In this document: piece after piece, positions 29,101-42,251 of the stretch | Position numbering within the stretch: the stretch's first letter is position 1 | How the letters are laid out: the number at the start of each line of letters is the position of its first letter | Source of the DNA: Microthyrium microscopicum | Taxonomy: Eukaryota | Direction of reading: 5' to 3' | Assembly: GCA_010405405.1 (NCBI GenBank) | Contig: MU004231.1 | Span: 1,867,784 to 1,931,783, forward strand | DNA: 64,000 nt | Translations under genes and position numbers: made by a program | The notes under the pieces: generated by a model | What the model saw: only the letters and a program-made list of their open reading frames with translations | What the model was told of the DNA's origin: nothing | Database searches by the model: none

Positions 29101-30475
29101 ATTCACGGGGTGCTGGGAAAAGGAAAGGGAAAGTTGGTTGCAGATCTGCCGTCAAAATTGGCTGAAATTAATATTTGTTTTGCACACAGCGATGGCAGTG
29201 TAAATGTGGTTATTACCTCCAGTACTTTGTAAGAGAAGACCATTGAGATTTTAAAACGAGAGCGAGCATCATATCCTTTGGCGGATACGGGATAATTTAC
29301 CAAATGACCATTGAGTAAACTCCCTAATAACGACATATTGCCCCACTACAACCCTTGTATTATTGCCTCTCTGCGCCTGCCACTCGAGCCTCTGGATTGG
29401 AAGCTGCAATTGGTCAGGCCAGCTCAGTTGAGAAGGAGCTAAGCAGGCTTTTGCAGGGCCAGGCTGCCCAGGCTCCCTCGCACCTGCCTGGTCTGAGCGC
29501 ATTGTGACGCTAAGACTTTGACGCCTGCCAAATCTTGCCATGTCTCTCACCGCGCTTTCCCTTCTCCATCTTTTTCTATACCGCGCTTGCCCTCTCCCTC
29601 TATGACCTTGACAACCTCCAGGCTGCTAAAACTTTAGCTTACCATTCTCCAACCCCGTCACCGAACTTTCTTCAACCGCGCTACCATTTTCAAATTCACA
29701 CTATCACCACTTCAGCCATCGTAGGCTTCTACTCCCCTTCTAGAGTCATTCGATTCCAGTACTATCTTCTTGGCATCCAACACTGGGCACCTCTATCCAC
29801 GACACCAGCACTCCTCGCCTTTTTGCTGAGCAGTCTGACACCAATTTTTTGCCCCAGAGAGTACTAGTTCTACAAGCTCAAGTACACTCGCTATAGGACC
29901 TATTAAGCAACACTACCGTCGACCTTACGGTAGGGTTGATTTTTCCCAAGGACTTGAGCTTTGAGATATATCGGAAGAACATTCTTGCGCTCTACCAGTA
30001 CCACGCAAATCTGTAAAGATAAATATTGGACTCGCTTATAATCTGTCGAGTGCAGTCTTGAACTTGGAGCTTCCTGAAAACCGAAGCTAAACTCTCACAC
30101 CCTGCCTCTTCAAATTGTCATGCCCAGAGCCCAGACTAGCTTCTTCTATCTGCCATTATTTGGCAATTGTAACTTGTCAAAGTTCACCTGCAATCCAGCC
30201 TCAATCTTCTGAGGCTTGTGGTTATCTTACACCTCAACGAGACTAGCACTTTATCGTCACTTCTCCATTCCCCACTGCACTACCAGTCTACCACCACTCG
30301 TCCTTCCTCCAACAAGACATCGCCAATCGCCATCCACTTGTTGCCGACGCCCGACTGTCACTACTACCAAAAAAACATCCCGTACTATCACCTTCTTGGA
30401 GTTAGGCTCATCACCACACCGAACCTCTCGTCGTCCTCTTTGTGCCGTGCGGCCTTGCCCCAGCAGAAGGGTAGC

Positions 30476-30512
30476 CGGACTCGTTCATCACCCGGACTCG
30501 TTCATCACCCGG
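30476..30512. repeat. Tandem duplication of a 17-nt unit (cccggactcgttcatca) in the probable CON7 leader
   Basis: Directly visible. Confidence 0.8.
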
Positions 30513-31141
30513 GCCTAAATTCTATCTTTGCGCATCGCCTTGCCTACCTGCCACCGCTGCGTGCCCTGGTCCCCAAGGCTCACCCCCCAAGGTTTCTTTT
30601 CAAGGCGATTCTCTGTGAATGCAGATTTCGAGTTGCGATTCCAAGGTCTACCACTACGTTTCCAACCGTGCTCTGTGCATTCACCTTCTCCGGTCCTGAC
30701 CTCCATTGAAATTTGACCCAACTTTCAAGCACAAATCTGCCACCAGCCCTCCTTCCTACAGCCACGGCCCCCCCTGCTCTTGGATTCGCCCCCTCCTAGT
30801 TCACTTGGTCGCCCTCTCTCAAGAAGCACTGAAGCACGGAACCTTGTTAAAGCTTCTTAGTCTTTAGGTCTGAGCCTGCTCCACTGGTCACCTCTTTGGT
30901 TCGTCCAAAACTTGAACCCGCTTTAGTTCTTAGACCTGGTCCCGCTTCTGCTGCACTTGTTCTTGGTAGACCAGCGATCGATCCCCTTAAACTACTTTTA
31001 ACTCTAGCACGCCGGTGGCTCTTCTGCTGCTTCAGCCTAACCCCCTCTGTTCCTGGACCCGCCCAATCTCGGTACTCTCTACTTCATTGATCCTACAGCC
31101 TTACTGGCCGTACTTGGTTCTTCGGTTAACCCTCCCAGCTC

Positions 31142-32835
31142 ATGTCCTCGAGCTTGACCCCATCAGGACCCGTGAATCCAAAAAGTCCACTGTCGCCTGG
31201 CCAAAAGCTTGCTCCTCGCCTGCAGAACGGCGGATTGCCACAAATGGACGGTCGCCAGTCAGACTACCAGCAACAAGGTTCGAACGCGCATAACCAAGAT
31301 ACGATGGGCACCGAAACTGATTCCCCTCCAGCGGAGCATCCAGCTGCTCAACAGTATCCTCAGGGACAAGACCATCGCGCTCCTCAATCATTCGACAACC
31401 TGCCGCCTCAATCTGCGCGTTCAGGTTCGTTCCCCGAATACATTCAACCTCAGCGGCAGCAGCAGTACCCGCAGGGTCAAGGACCACCATCAGGTGGTTT
31501 GGCCCAACCAGCAAGTCCGTCTATGCCTTTGTCAAACAGCGCGGCCAACAGCCATACTCCAGACAACATGAAATCTAACCAAGATATGCCAATAGATCCC
31601 TCCATTGCAGCTAGCCCAACCTATCCTGCCCATCCGCCCTACTCTCCATACTCTCCGGAACAGATGCAGCACTACGCAGGCGCTCCTGGCGTCTATGCTC
31701 GACCTGAATGGGCCCATGGCCATTATCAGGCCGGTCCACCGATTCCTCACTATGGTCAACCTCATTCTTCTGGCCCTCCTTCAGCGGGGCTTGTGTCGCC
31801 TGTACATCGTCCTCCGGTAGGCCCCAAATCGTAGAAAGTCAATGGGGCGACTAACATTTATGTTTCATAGGGCGCGCATCCACTCTCGACCGTCTACTCG
31901 TTTGTCCCAATTCCCGGCGCACAACAGCATAAGCGACCAAGACGACGCTATGAAGAAATCGAGCGCATGTACAAATGTGGTTGGCAGGGATGTGAAAAGG
32001 CGTACGGTACTCTCAATCACCTGAACGCTCACGTTACTATGCAATCTCATGGCGCAAAACGTACTCCCGAAGGTAAGTCTAATATGCGATATTTCCTTTT
32101 TCTATCCCGATGCGCTGCAGCAAGTTGGCAAATTGCGGAACCAGAGTCTGATACATGAATTTCTGCAATTTCGGAGAAATTTTCATATGATCAAGTTCTA
32201 CATATTTCGCGTTTGTTTGGGTCTGGCGTGAGACGCGAGGTGGAAGCTACTTGAGTCGCGACACCAATTTGGACACGGGAGCTAAACTAGGGAAATACTA
32301 CCCTAGTCTAGCAATTTAGGGAACCTCCCAAATGGGTTAAATTACTAGTCTTTATGCTAACCTGTATTTCCTAGAATTCAAAGAAATTCGAAAAGAATGG
32401 AAACAGAAGAAGAAGGAGGAGGAACAACTTAGAAAGTCGGAGGAGGATAGACAGCGACAGGCGCAGGAAGGCCGACCTGGAGAGGGTTCGTATCATCACC
32501 CACCATCTAACAGTGGTCATATTCGAACATCTGCAGGTCCCCAAGTCGGAGGTTCTGGACATCAGTTGCCGCCGATCGCTTATGCCGCAAACCACTCTGC
32601 TGCTGGCTACGGTGCTCCAAGCCCTGCACTCGTTGACGGAAGTATTGCACCGTAAGTCTATCTTTTCTATTTTGTTAACCACCAGTACTAAGCAACAAAT
32701 GCAGTAGCTACCCGAGCTCTCCATACCCACCGACAACCAACAACATCTACCCTCAACGTCGTGAACCTCCCCAATCCTGTTATATTGGCGCGTGCTAACT
32801 ATATATCAGAAAACGGTCAGAACTATCACAACTGA
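31142..32835 (+). CDS. CON7: Con7-type single C2H2 zinc-finger transcription factor
   Basis: HPLSTVYSFVPIPGAQQHKRPRRRYEEIERMYKCGWQGCEKAYGTLNHLNAHVTMQSHGAKRTPEEFKEIRKEWK. Introns 31817-31870, 32073-32374, 32652-32704/7, and probably 32758-32809. Confidence 0.9.
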
Positions 32836-35800
32836 ACGCAATTGAGGCGTCATCATGATGTCAATCCGTCCCACTCGCACATACATTGCTTTATTGCTTT
32901 GAAAGCAGTCTGTTTTCAAACAATTATATTCGCATTCTTTCACTGGCTTCAAAATCCTCGAGTTTATCAATTCTTTGCTGCATTTCGGCGGTGGGTGGCT
33001 GCTCTCTTTTTACCATGACGAAAACACGAATACCAGTGCTCCAAAGCTCTGCTTTCATCCTATGGATCGAATGCGTCAATCGAAGGAGGATCTATTAGAT
33101 TGGCAGGCGATGAAAGTACGACTTCCGTTTCATTGAGTCAAGGATACCATCTTTACGGCCGTCAAATTGATACACGATTTTCTCTTAATCATGTCGACCG
33201 GAGAAGGAAGATACCACTTGTTTTTCTTAGTTTTCTTTTCTCATTCAATTACTCATGATGTTTGCTATATTTCTATATTTCGGATCTCTCCTTTCCTTGT
33301 GTCTTCCAATCATCTCTCTTTGGAGCCGTCTGACTAGATACCTTTTGCATTCGTTCGGCGTGGTTGATGGGGTGGCGGGCACGTATCTTTTATGGTACCA
33401 GCTTCGAAGCATTGAAATGTGTTTTCTCCCAGTACAGGACACGACAGGCCTGATGGGCAGCATGGGATGGTGGTTCTGATTCTTCTTGCATTGTACCATA
33501 GCCGGTAAATCTTCCAAGCACCAAGATGCATTTCGGATGCCCTTTTTACAACCAATTTTACACCGACCATGGTGAAATCTGCGTCATCCACGGACATTGG
33601 AAAGACGATTGCTTCGGATGGCTTCGTATGGCTGTTCCTGCTACAGTGTGAGGACTTTGGTGCTACAAGTCATTTGCGTAATACTATATTGCGCCCTTTA
33701 TGGTTTGCGATTGCTTGCATCGGCTCCAATTACTTGTGTTCAGAGACAACTGTGCGCAGGTAACGACATTGAGCAATTGCAGGCGCGTAATTGGCCGTCA
33801 GCGCAACTGCCAGAGGTATCGCCACGGTTTGAGGCAGGGTTTGAAATTTGATTTGTCCGAGTCTGATGCAAGGTTACACAAGCGAATGCGAACTCCTGCT
33901 CGTTCCCGATATTTGGTGCTGCTTTGCCGGCAAAGCTGGATCAACTGATGGGTGAGTCAAACGCATTGAGGGCCCATCAAATGTCTTCTCCCATAACCCA
34001 TTGAGCACCCTTCAAATTTGACATTGCCGTTCGTGCTCCCTCGGATTGTCATCAGCTCGCTCGCCTTCTAATGCACGAAACTATAGCATCAGGTTGAACG
34101 AGGGGAGCCGTGTTTCCAGTGCTGGCGAAGGATATATCGTTTTCTTGCTGTGAAGCGCATGCCGTATCCATAAGGTGCAACTTGATGGCGCATGTCAAGA
34201 GAAACAGACGAGAACGGCCTGTTGCGTCAGCAGCTCAACTATCGTGGTCACGTTCTCCTTTTTTAGCCTTTAAAATATGCAAAGAGTTTTCTTTTCCAAA
34301 ATATGCATGTTCGCCCGCCCAGTTCACCGTGCCACAAAAAAAGAACGAACCGGTCTTTCATCAGCAAGTCAGTTTGTGTGACAATTGTCTGATCAAGCCA
34401 CTGGTTTCGCAGCAACGACTTTTCTCAGTCAAACGCCCGACCAACGGGGCGATGCGGCAAGTTGCCATTTGTGTGATTCGGTTGCGTGCAGATACATCAT
34501 CCAAGAGGCCGTGATGAACTGATCCCAACCTGGCGGCACCGTCTGCGCGGTACGAACCTATGGCCCGGGCGTTTCTATCAGGCTCTGTGTGGTGAGAGAC
34601 ATGGTTTGGCGCATTGAGGAGTTGGCGTTTCGATGAGGTACTGCGCCTCGGATGCAGACAATGGTTGGACAATGGGACTGTGGTTGTGTGAGTGAGGAAT
34701 CTGTGTGATTGAGGGTTGGGGACTTTTTTTCTGTGTGACGGGGCAATGGTCGTCAATTGCTTTTTATATCAAGTCCTTTTGCAAGGCCCCCCAGATATAT
34801 GGTACAGGCATGATACTGGAGTGAAGTTGGCTGGACATACTATGAATGGTGGGGACTTCTGTTGTTGGGTCTTTAAATGTAGTCGCATGCGCCAGTCGAA
34901 GTTCAAGACAGCGCGATACTCTAGTACTACTCCACAACAAGTATCTTACAGGAACCGTTCGTGGAAACGGACTGCTGGAACGCTCCGTCCCATCAATTAG
35001 TAGGTATATTTAGGTCGCACCGAAATAGCCAAGTTGGTGGAGAAGTAGGCGTCGTCGCCGGACATTTGGCCTGAAATGTGCAATGTACTAACTGCCGGTG
35101 CTAACGTTAGCAGTATATCTAGAGTGATGCCTCTCCACACCACCACCAGGCCAGGAACCGATACTGTACCTACTTCCTACTATCCTAGAATATGCAGGTT
35201 CTCGGGCTGGCCCGCTGTCAGTCGGCGAAATAGTCTAGTGCTTGGTGGTTTGACCCTTGCCCAAGATCGCATAGCTGTTTGACCAACAAGAGGCCTTGCT
35301 ATGGTGGTACAAGCCCATTCCTGAATAGTATACCTTACCATACATAGTACACTTCCCAATCTTCTCTCAGCCTCTCGCAGCTGCGTCCCTCTCGGCTCAA
35401 TGCTCAATCGAAGCCCTCCCACGCCTTCTAGCCTGGTGCAACTCTGCATTTCCTGCAGCTGCCAGCAACAGACACCTGCCTGCCCTTATTTGACCCCCCC
35501 AAACTACTCTTGCTTGCTGGCGCGAACGAGCGCCATGGATCGTCCCGCTCGTCTAAAAAGCCTGTCTAGTCGCTGATCTAGCACCGCTTGAACCCGCATC
35601 GCTTCTTTTCCTCGTGCTAAGAAGAACAAGGCAAACGTGGAATCAGATGGGAAAAAAAGGCAACCTGATTCTCACCACGGATCCTGTCATGTGGGATTAT
35701 TGTTATTTTGTTTAAAAAGTACATTACACGGTTCCCTCCATAGTGTGCCATGCGTCTGGGGCCATGGATGCTCGACATACGATACCCTTTTCTGGTGGCA

Positions 35801-36467
35801 TTTGCCAACTTCACCTCTCCACATCTTGCTCGCCTTGCCTTTCACAATCATTTCTTCACGATAATGTATTTCATGTATGGCTGAGGCGTGATCATTGTCG
35901 ACATTGACGAGCCCACTTTTCCATTTTCTAGGACGATTATGAGGGCGCTGGGGCGAAAGAGAAAACTAGAGATTGGAATGAGAAAACTAGCCTTGAAGCC
36001 AATTGCAACGGACTGAACCCCTCAATGATTCGACATTTTGGACCCGGTGATTGCGAGTAGCGGTGTTTACTAATTCTGTCGCGCTGAAATAGCTCGAATC
36101 CTTCGTTCACATCTCTTGCGCTATATAATTTGGCTAGGCTGACTAGCCTCGCTTATGAACTGCGGCCAATTCTCGATGATCTGTAGAGTGTTGGCGCCCT
36201 ATTTTGACATTATCATTGCTGGCTGAGAAAACATGAAACTGCATTAGTGATTGTTACGAGCTGTATACCCGCATGTCGCATATCGAACCAGGCATGTAGT
36301 TGATGGGTGTCTGGCTACATTGGCCTTTTGAAGTTGCGGAGATCCAAAAAGGTCCGAGATTGGTCCGTGCGCAGCCGTACATTTTTTTCCAGAATTGACC
36401 TCCCATTGCAACTAGCATGATTGACGATAATCTGAGTTGATGACATTTATCGGCAGTCCGACCCTGT

Positions 36468-38431
36468 ATGCTGCAACAAATACCTCGCCTTTGGCTTCGA
36501 CGCCTCGCAGTCCCCCGCGAAAGCTATCGATCCCTCTATACCGAATTCCGCACGGCCAGAGTCAACACCGCCCCTGATCACCTAGAGCCACAGAGCTCTC
36601 GAAGGACGAACGATTCGAGAGGAGTCACGAAAGACGAAAAGGATGATAACGCCCCGGATAAGGATGGAATCACGCCTGCCCACTGGCGGCATGCGAAGAA
36701 GGAGATAGTCTGGTTGCAGGCGGATGAGAAGAGTTTCGCTGAGCGCATTGAACAGCTTCTAGCGGAAGGAAAGGAGTCATTCGCCTACGCTCTGGTACAA
36801 TTGCAAAGCAAGGATAAAGATGCGGCTGTAATAGGTTGGAATCTACTCATCAAGCATCGCATGGAATATGCTATTCCGAACCATGCACAAGCAAGAAGAT
36901 ATTTCAATGATGTTAGTCAATCATCGCCTGAGATTGCCATCTTTTCCTAACATGTACGCAATAGATGAAAAAGCGAGGCCAATCGCCAGATGCGTATACG
37001 TATGGGATAATGCTGTCTGGATTTGATAACCATCCAAGACCGACAACTGTTGTCGAAACAGCGTGGCAGGTTTTCAACACCATGCTCAAAGATGGATCCA
37101 GAGTCAAACCAACAATCCTACATTTCAATAAAATGATTCATCTGGCTGGCAGAGCTGGCAATATGGAATTATTCTGGAGGCTCATTCAGCTCATTCCCGA
37201 AGAAGGAGAACAAGCCGCGGATGCCAAAACTTATAATTTCATCTTTAGTTCGCTTCGTGCGTACCTAGATAAGACGAAGGAAGACACTTCAAATACGAAG
37301 AGTAGGCAAGACGAGCACGAGATTTTTGATGCAGGCAGAGCTATCTGGGGAGCCGTGATAAATGCGTGGACTCGAGGCTCCGTCCAAATCGATTCTCCGC
37401 TCGTATTTGCCTATTGCAGATTCCTACAAACTAGCACAGAATCGTTCTATTGGGATCAAGTCTACTCGGTTGTTGAGCAAACGACTGGTATCAAACGTTG
37501 CGGGGGAGTCTCTACGACTGTACCAGGCCTTCAGCAACGCTTAAAGAGTGGAGAGTTGACGCCATCATCAGAAAGACAGCTTCAGAAGGAGATTTACTCG
37601 GTCTATGATCCACCCGCAAATGAAGGGTCATACGCAACTCTGGTGAAGCCATCGCGATTCCTGTTATCAATGCTCATGGAAACCGCTACAAGACTCCAAC
37701 AAACTTCTAGTGCTAATTATTACTGGGATATTCTAGTTGACCATCACGACGTCAAACCAGATGTGGTGAACGTCAAGAATTATCTGCAAGCTCTTCGTGC
37801 TGCTAGAGCCAGTCGTGATCTCGTCAAGGTTATCACCAAGCTCGATCGCAGTCAAATTGACCATGGGACGTACCGCATCGGCATGTCTGGATGTACGAAA
37901 AACTCCTGGAGGACTGGCAGCTGTCGCGATGCAATAGTGTTGTACAAACATCGACAGGATATCTTCGACCAACCTGACGCCAAAGTCGTTGAATCTTTTG
38001 CAGCTGCCATCAAGGTTGCGGATGATGAAGAGAAGATTGAAGCACTCCGAGTCTTAGGAAATGATCCAATTCGCATGCTTGAAGTTGAAAACTACGGCTG
38101 GCGAGCGCCAGGTCAACTCCCGGAAGGAGTCTTTGCGCAGATCGAGGAGGCTACGAAAGAGCTGGCAAAGACCCTCATTGGGCTTTATGACAACCTGATC
38201 AATCGCAAGAAAGTGACAAGCAATACCTTCGCTGAAGTCAAGAATTTTCTTGCCGAGTTCGTCAGATCGGGGAACAACGAACGGCGGCATCGAACCAGGA
38301 CTGGCTCAGAAGACAGATATGAACCAGATGAACGCTACGACCGCTCAGAGCAGAAACCGCAAATCAACTGGGTCGCGAAGAATAAGCCGCGTTTTGGTCA
38401 AAATCGGCGTGATCGCTTCGGTCAGCTTTGA
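36468..38431 (+). CDS. Mitochondrial pentatricopeptide-repeat (PPR) protein
   Basis: Arg-rich presequence-like N-terminus. PPR motifs WNLLI..YFNDMKKRGQSPDAYTYGIML, HFNKMIHLAGRAGNM, ADAKTYNFIF. Intron 36912-36964. Confidence 0.88.
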
Positions 38432-39327
38432 AGACCTCAACGTCACTGAAAGAGGTTATGACTCTGTAACATAATTTGTACTGCACATATAATAGATACC
38501 CCACATCATATCATTTATCGTTACATCTCAACGAGCGGGTTTACATAGCACTCCCTCATCGGCGACTGGCACAATAGACGCTACTAGATCTCGAGGATTT
38601 GCACTAGAAAGCGTCCATGGTCTCATCGGCGAGAGAACATTTCAAAACTTAACGAGCCGAAAAACTACTACCGCCTTATCTTTCCCATGATACTTGGTTC
38701 CACCATAATCATTCTCCAACTTGGGATACTGGCCAATCAACAATCCCCAGCGCCTGGAATATTGATAGAAGCTAGCGTGTAACCATCCAAAGAGTACTAC
38801 AATATATCATCGAGATGCGTTATCGTCGCGGTAAACGCAGTCTATAACTCGCCGCGCTTTCCGCATGTGAGTCAAACTTGCTTTAGCTATCCGCAATCCT
38901 TGGGTTTTGATAAGCCCAAATTGGACAAACTGCTGAGTGCAAGGCTGAGAACCTCCAGAATTCGCAGTGTTCGCCAGAGTATGTCGGGGCTTTGGCTCCG
39001 TTTTCAAATCAATTTCTACTGAAGTTGGGAAAGCAGGATTCTGGGTGAAGCCCTAAACAATCGATCTTGAGCCTATTCTAGTGTTCATCGCGAGTTGAAC
39101 CCTATACCGTGGCACGCGTGGATTATTTTCAATCAATTCCCCGAACTAACATATGAATCTCAAACAACTTAATCTCATCTTCTCATCTGTATTTATGTAA
39201 AGCCCGATATAGGTTTGTAGCCGGGCACCGATATCAGATCGGGATATTTGAACGATATGCCTTCCTTTGGAAACTTCTTCGAAAGATCCAAGTTGTCACT
39301 GAAGCTTTTCAATAAGTGAAAGTAACT

Positions 39328-40674
39328 ATGCATCAATCTATTCTGCTAGCTGCCTCCTGGGCAGCCTTCACTGCTGCACATGGACATCTCAAGAGCTGGA
39401 CTATTGATGGAACCACTTATCCATCTTTCGATCCTCTGTATGACGGAGGTCCAGAATTCAATCCTAAGCGCATCGAATATGGATTTCCAAAGATCAAGAC
39501 AGACATCGGCCCCGGTGTGAACCCATTGACAGATGTCAGGAATCTGAGCATCGCGTGCCGATGGCGCCCTCTCGCTGAGCCTAAGCTCACAGCCGTTGCG
39601 CGAGCTGGTTCCAAAGTCACATTTCAATGGCTAGATTGGTTCAGCAATCACAAAGGACCGGTATACACTGTGAGTCTTACACCTTTACTTGATACTCCCA
39701 TCTTTGCGACTACTTACCTGTCTATTTTATCTTCTATTGACGTTCAAATGCTTACTTCTTTCAGTATATGGGAGAGCTCCCAGCATCTGGCAAGATCGAA
39801 GACATCAAATTCTTCAAGATTGACGAAATAGCTTATGATCCAGCCACCAAAACATGGGGCTCAGATGTTCTAATGAAGAACAATCAAAGCGTCACCGCCA
39901 CCATTCCTAGCGATATCAAGCCAGGTACCTACGTGATCCGTCACGAGATCATCGCCTTGCACGGCGCCATGAACGACAACTACAAGACCAAGATCTCTGG
40001 AGCCCAATTCTACCCTCAATGCGCCCAAGTCAAAGTCACTGGAGAGGGAACCGCCACCCCTGCTGGAAACACATTCCCAGGAACATATACTTGGGACGAA
40101 CCTGGTATTCTGATCAATGCGTTCTACATGCCCAACGAGTACAAGTCTCCCGGTGGCCCAGTCTATAAGCCAGCCAAAGAACTTCCTCTCAAGGGATCTC
40201 AACCAATTGTAAACGAGACTGGTGTTTTGACAGGCGAAGAAGGCGCCAAATACATTGCCGCGCGCATCAAGTCTGATACCAAATGGGAAAATGGTGTTCA
40301 TAACAACGAGGCAGGACGTAAGTGCCCCCATTGAACCTAACAAACCCTATCTTTTCACTCTTTGCTAACAATACCTTTCAACAGATCCCGGTGGCGGAGG
40401 ATGTATCTGGGAAGTTGGCAAGACTCCCAAAGAAGCTACATGCTCATCCACCAACGTGAAGAACGTTGGGCCTTACAAGGGCTGGGCGCAACCAAAGGGC
40501 TCACCAGATTACGTCAACGATGTTCAGTCTTCGGGCATCAACAAAGGCTTTGGCGGCGCTATTACATATCTCTTTGATCCTACTGCACCAAGATGGGAAG
40601 AGCGCGCTGCCAAGGGTGAAAAGCCTTTTGATATTGCAGCTTTGAGAGCTTTACCAAAAACAGCTAGCAAGTAA
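39328..40674 (+). CDS. Secreted AA9 (GH61) lytic polysaccharide monooxygenase with C-terminal extension
   Basis: Signal peptide followed by His1 (AA|HGH), plus HKGP, RHEIIALH and AQFYPQC. Introns 39670-39764 and 40318-40384. Confidence 0.92.
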
Positions 40675-41329
40675 ATAGGTCGAATTGAATCCTTTGCGAC
40701 GCATATGAACAACAATGATACTTGGCACTTGATTCTGGTTCTAAGCTTGACGTGCCAATAGCATTCGGAACGACAGGCAAACGAGTTGTCTTCTGCATTG
40801 ACAGGCTAACCAAGTTTTGTGTTTCATCTTACACAGAAGCTCCAAGTACTTTGTTCCTTCAGCCAGAGTAACAACAGACTGTTAGGTGGGTAGGCTGAGC
40901 GCGTCTCCTGTGCCATACCTACCTAGACTTAGTGTCAAAGAAGGCCTGCCGTCCAACTTACTATTATCATCTACCTTTTGCCTGCCTTCTATCTTGATTC
41001 ATTGTAGGTCACTGGCTAGTGTGATGAAGGAGGTGAGCGAGTACTAAAACAATTGAAACCCCCAAAAGACATTCAAAATTACCCCAATGAAACCCAAAAA
41101 AACCATAAACACTAGTACAACAGCTCATCTTTTTTTTGGGCCATGCAGACATAGTTGATATCCTACGACAATATCAGCGTCCATGTTTTGTTGACTTCAT
41201 CGTCTTGAAAACCTGGGAAGACACGATGCGTAATGTCTCAACATCTTCTGAATGCCAAGTGCTATTAATCGACCAATTTAACATGCGCTTTACACCTCAT
41301 TGCGGTGAAGCTTTATCGCAGCAAGAAAC

Positions 41330-41530
41330 TTAGGAGCTTTCTATTACAAAGCCAAAACTTATACCTATATCTTCTTTTTTTAGTATTCAATTCTCATAGT
41401 GTAAAATAACGAAATTATCTGTTTAATGAGCAACTAAGCTCGTTAGGATTTGGTAATATACTGGTTATAAGACTACCATAATCTTCGATATAATAGTAGG
41501 CTATTATAGTTCTCTCCTCCGAATTAAACT
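41330..41530. other. Short AT/TpA-rich patch, possible RIP-degraded repeat relic
   Basis: Abrupt AT and TpA enrichment by eye relative to flanks; no recognisable element. Confidence 0.3.
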
Positions 41531-41839
41531 TATACCAGCTGCATCTCTACATCTTGACTGGAATTCCTGAGCAGCCTCGATCATCCACGCGCTTTTAATG
41601 ATTTTGCAGCTGGCAAGCGGATGATCGTGTCTTTCTGAAGGAACCACCTCACAGCAGAATCCAAGCACAACACCACCCAGTCTATTATGTCGGACCCAAG
41701 CGGCGGTCTCGAGTCTCGACTCTCAACAGTCGATAAGGCTGGATGACGTTGGAGTTGAGGGAAATAAGGTATGGTCCAAGCTCTGATGGTTTGTAGAGCT
41801 TGAGCCAATCAAACCGTGGCTGGCAAAGCACCACCACCA

Positions 41840-41924
41840 TCGGAGTTGGCCGACTGCATAAGAGATATCAACACCTTTGTCAACAGGCCTGTCGATGCTG
41901 GATAATCGGCTCGGAGACGCCCGT
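41840..41924. promoter_or_regulatory. UaY-type sites (TCGG-N6-CCGA) with nearby GATA sites in the uricase promoter
   Basis: Perfect TCGGagttggCCGA at 41840-41853 and near-match TCGGagacgcCCGT at 41911-41924. GATA sites at about 41732, 41864, 41901 and 42075. Confidence 0.75.
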
Positions 41925-42251
41925 AAGATGAGTTGTATAAAGCAATCCTCACTTCTCCTCCAAAAGCTTCTCTCTGTATATTCAGAACATCATATCAGAC
42001 TACCACAATCGTCACAGAATCTCTAGTTTTGAGCTGAAAGCAAAGCTGCAGATCCACAAATCTAGCGTGGGTGTGATAAGGATTCCAACTTCTTCTTATT
42101 GGCTTCATTCTCAATTTATTCAGTCCACTGACCGCATCGTGCATACCTATCTTGCGGAGAATCTCTAGAAATACCTTTGAATTCCCCTCTTCTACGCGAA
42201 GTCAAAAGCCTATCACCTTCTTCCCTTTCAAATCTTATCCCTATCTATACA

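Noticed and set aside
23435..30900. Many 60-170 aa ORFs upstream of CON7, and similar ones in 33000-36000
   Set aside because: No recognisable motifs or consistent splice chains; consistent with random ORFs at about 50% GC.
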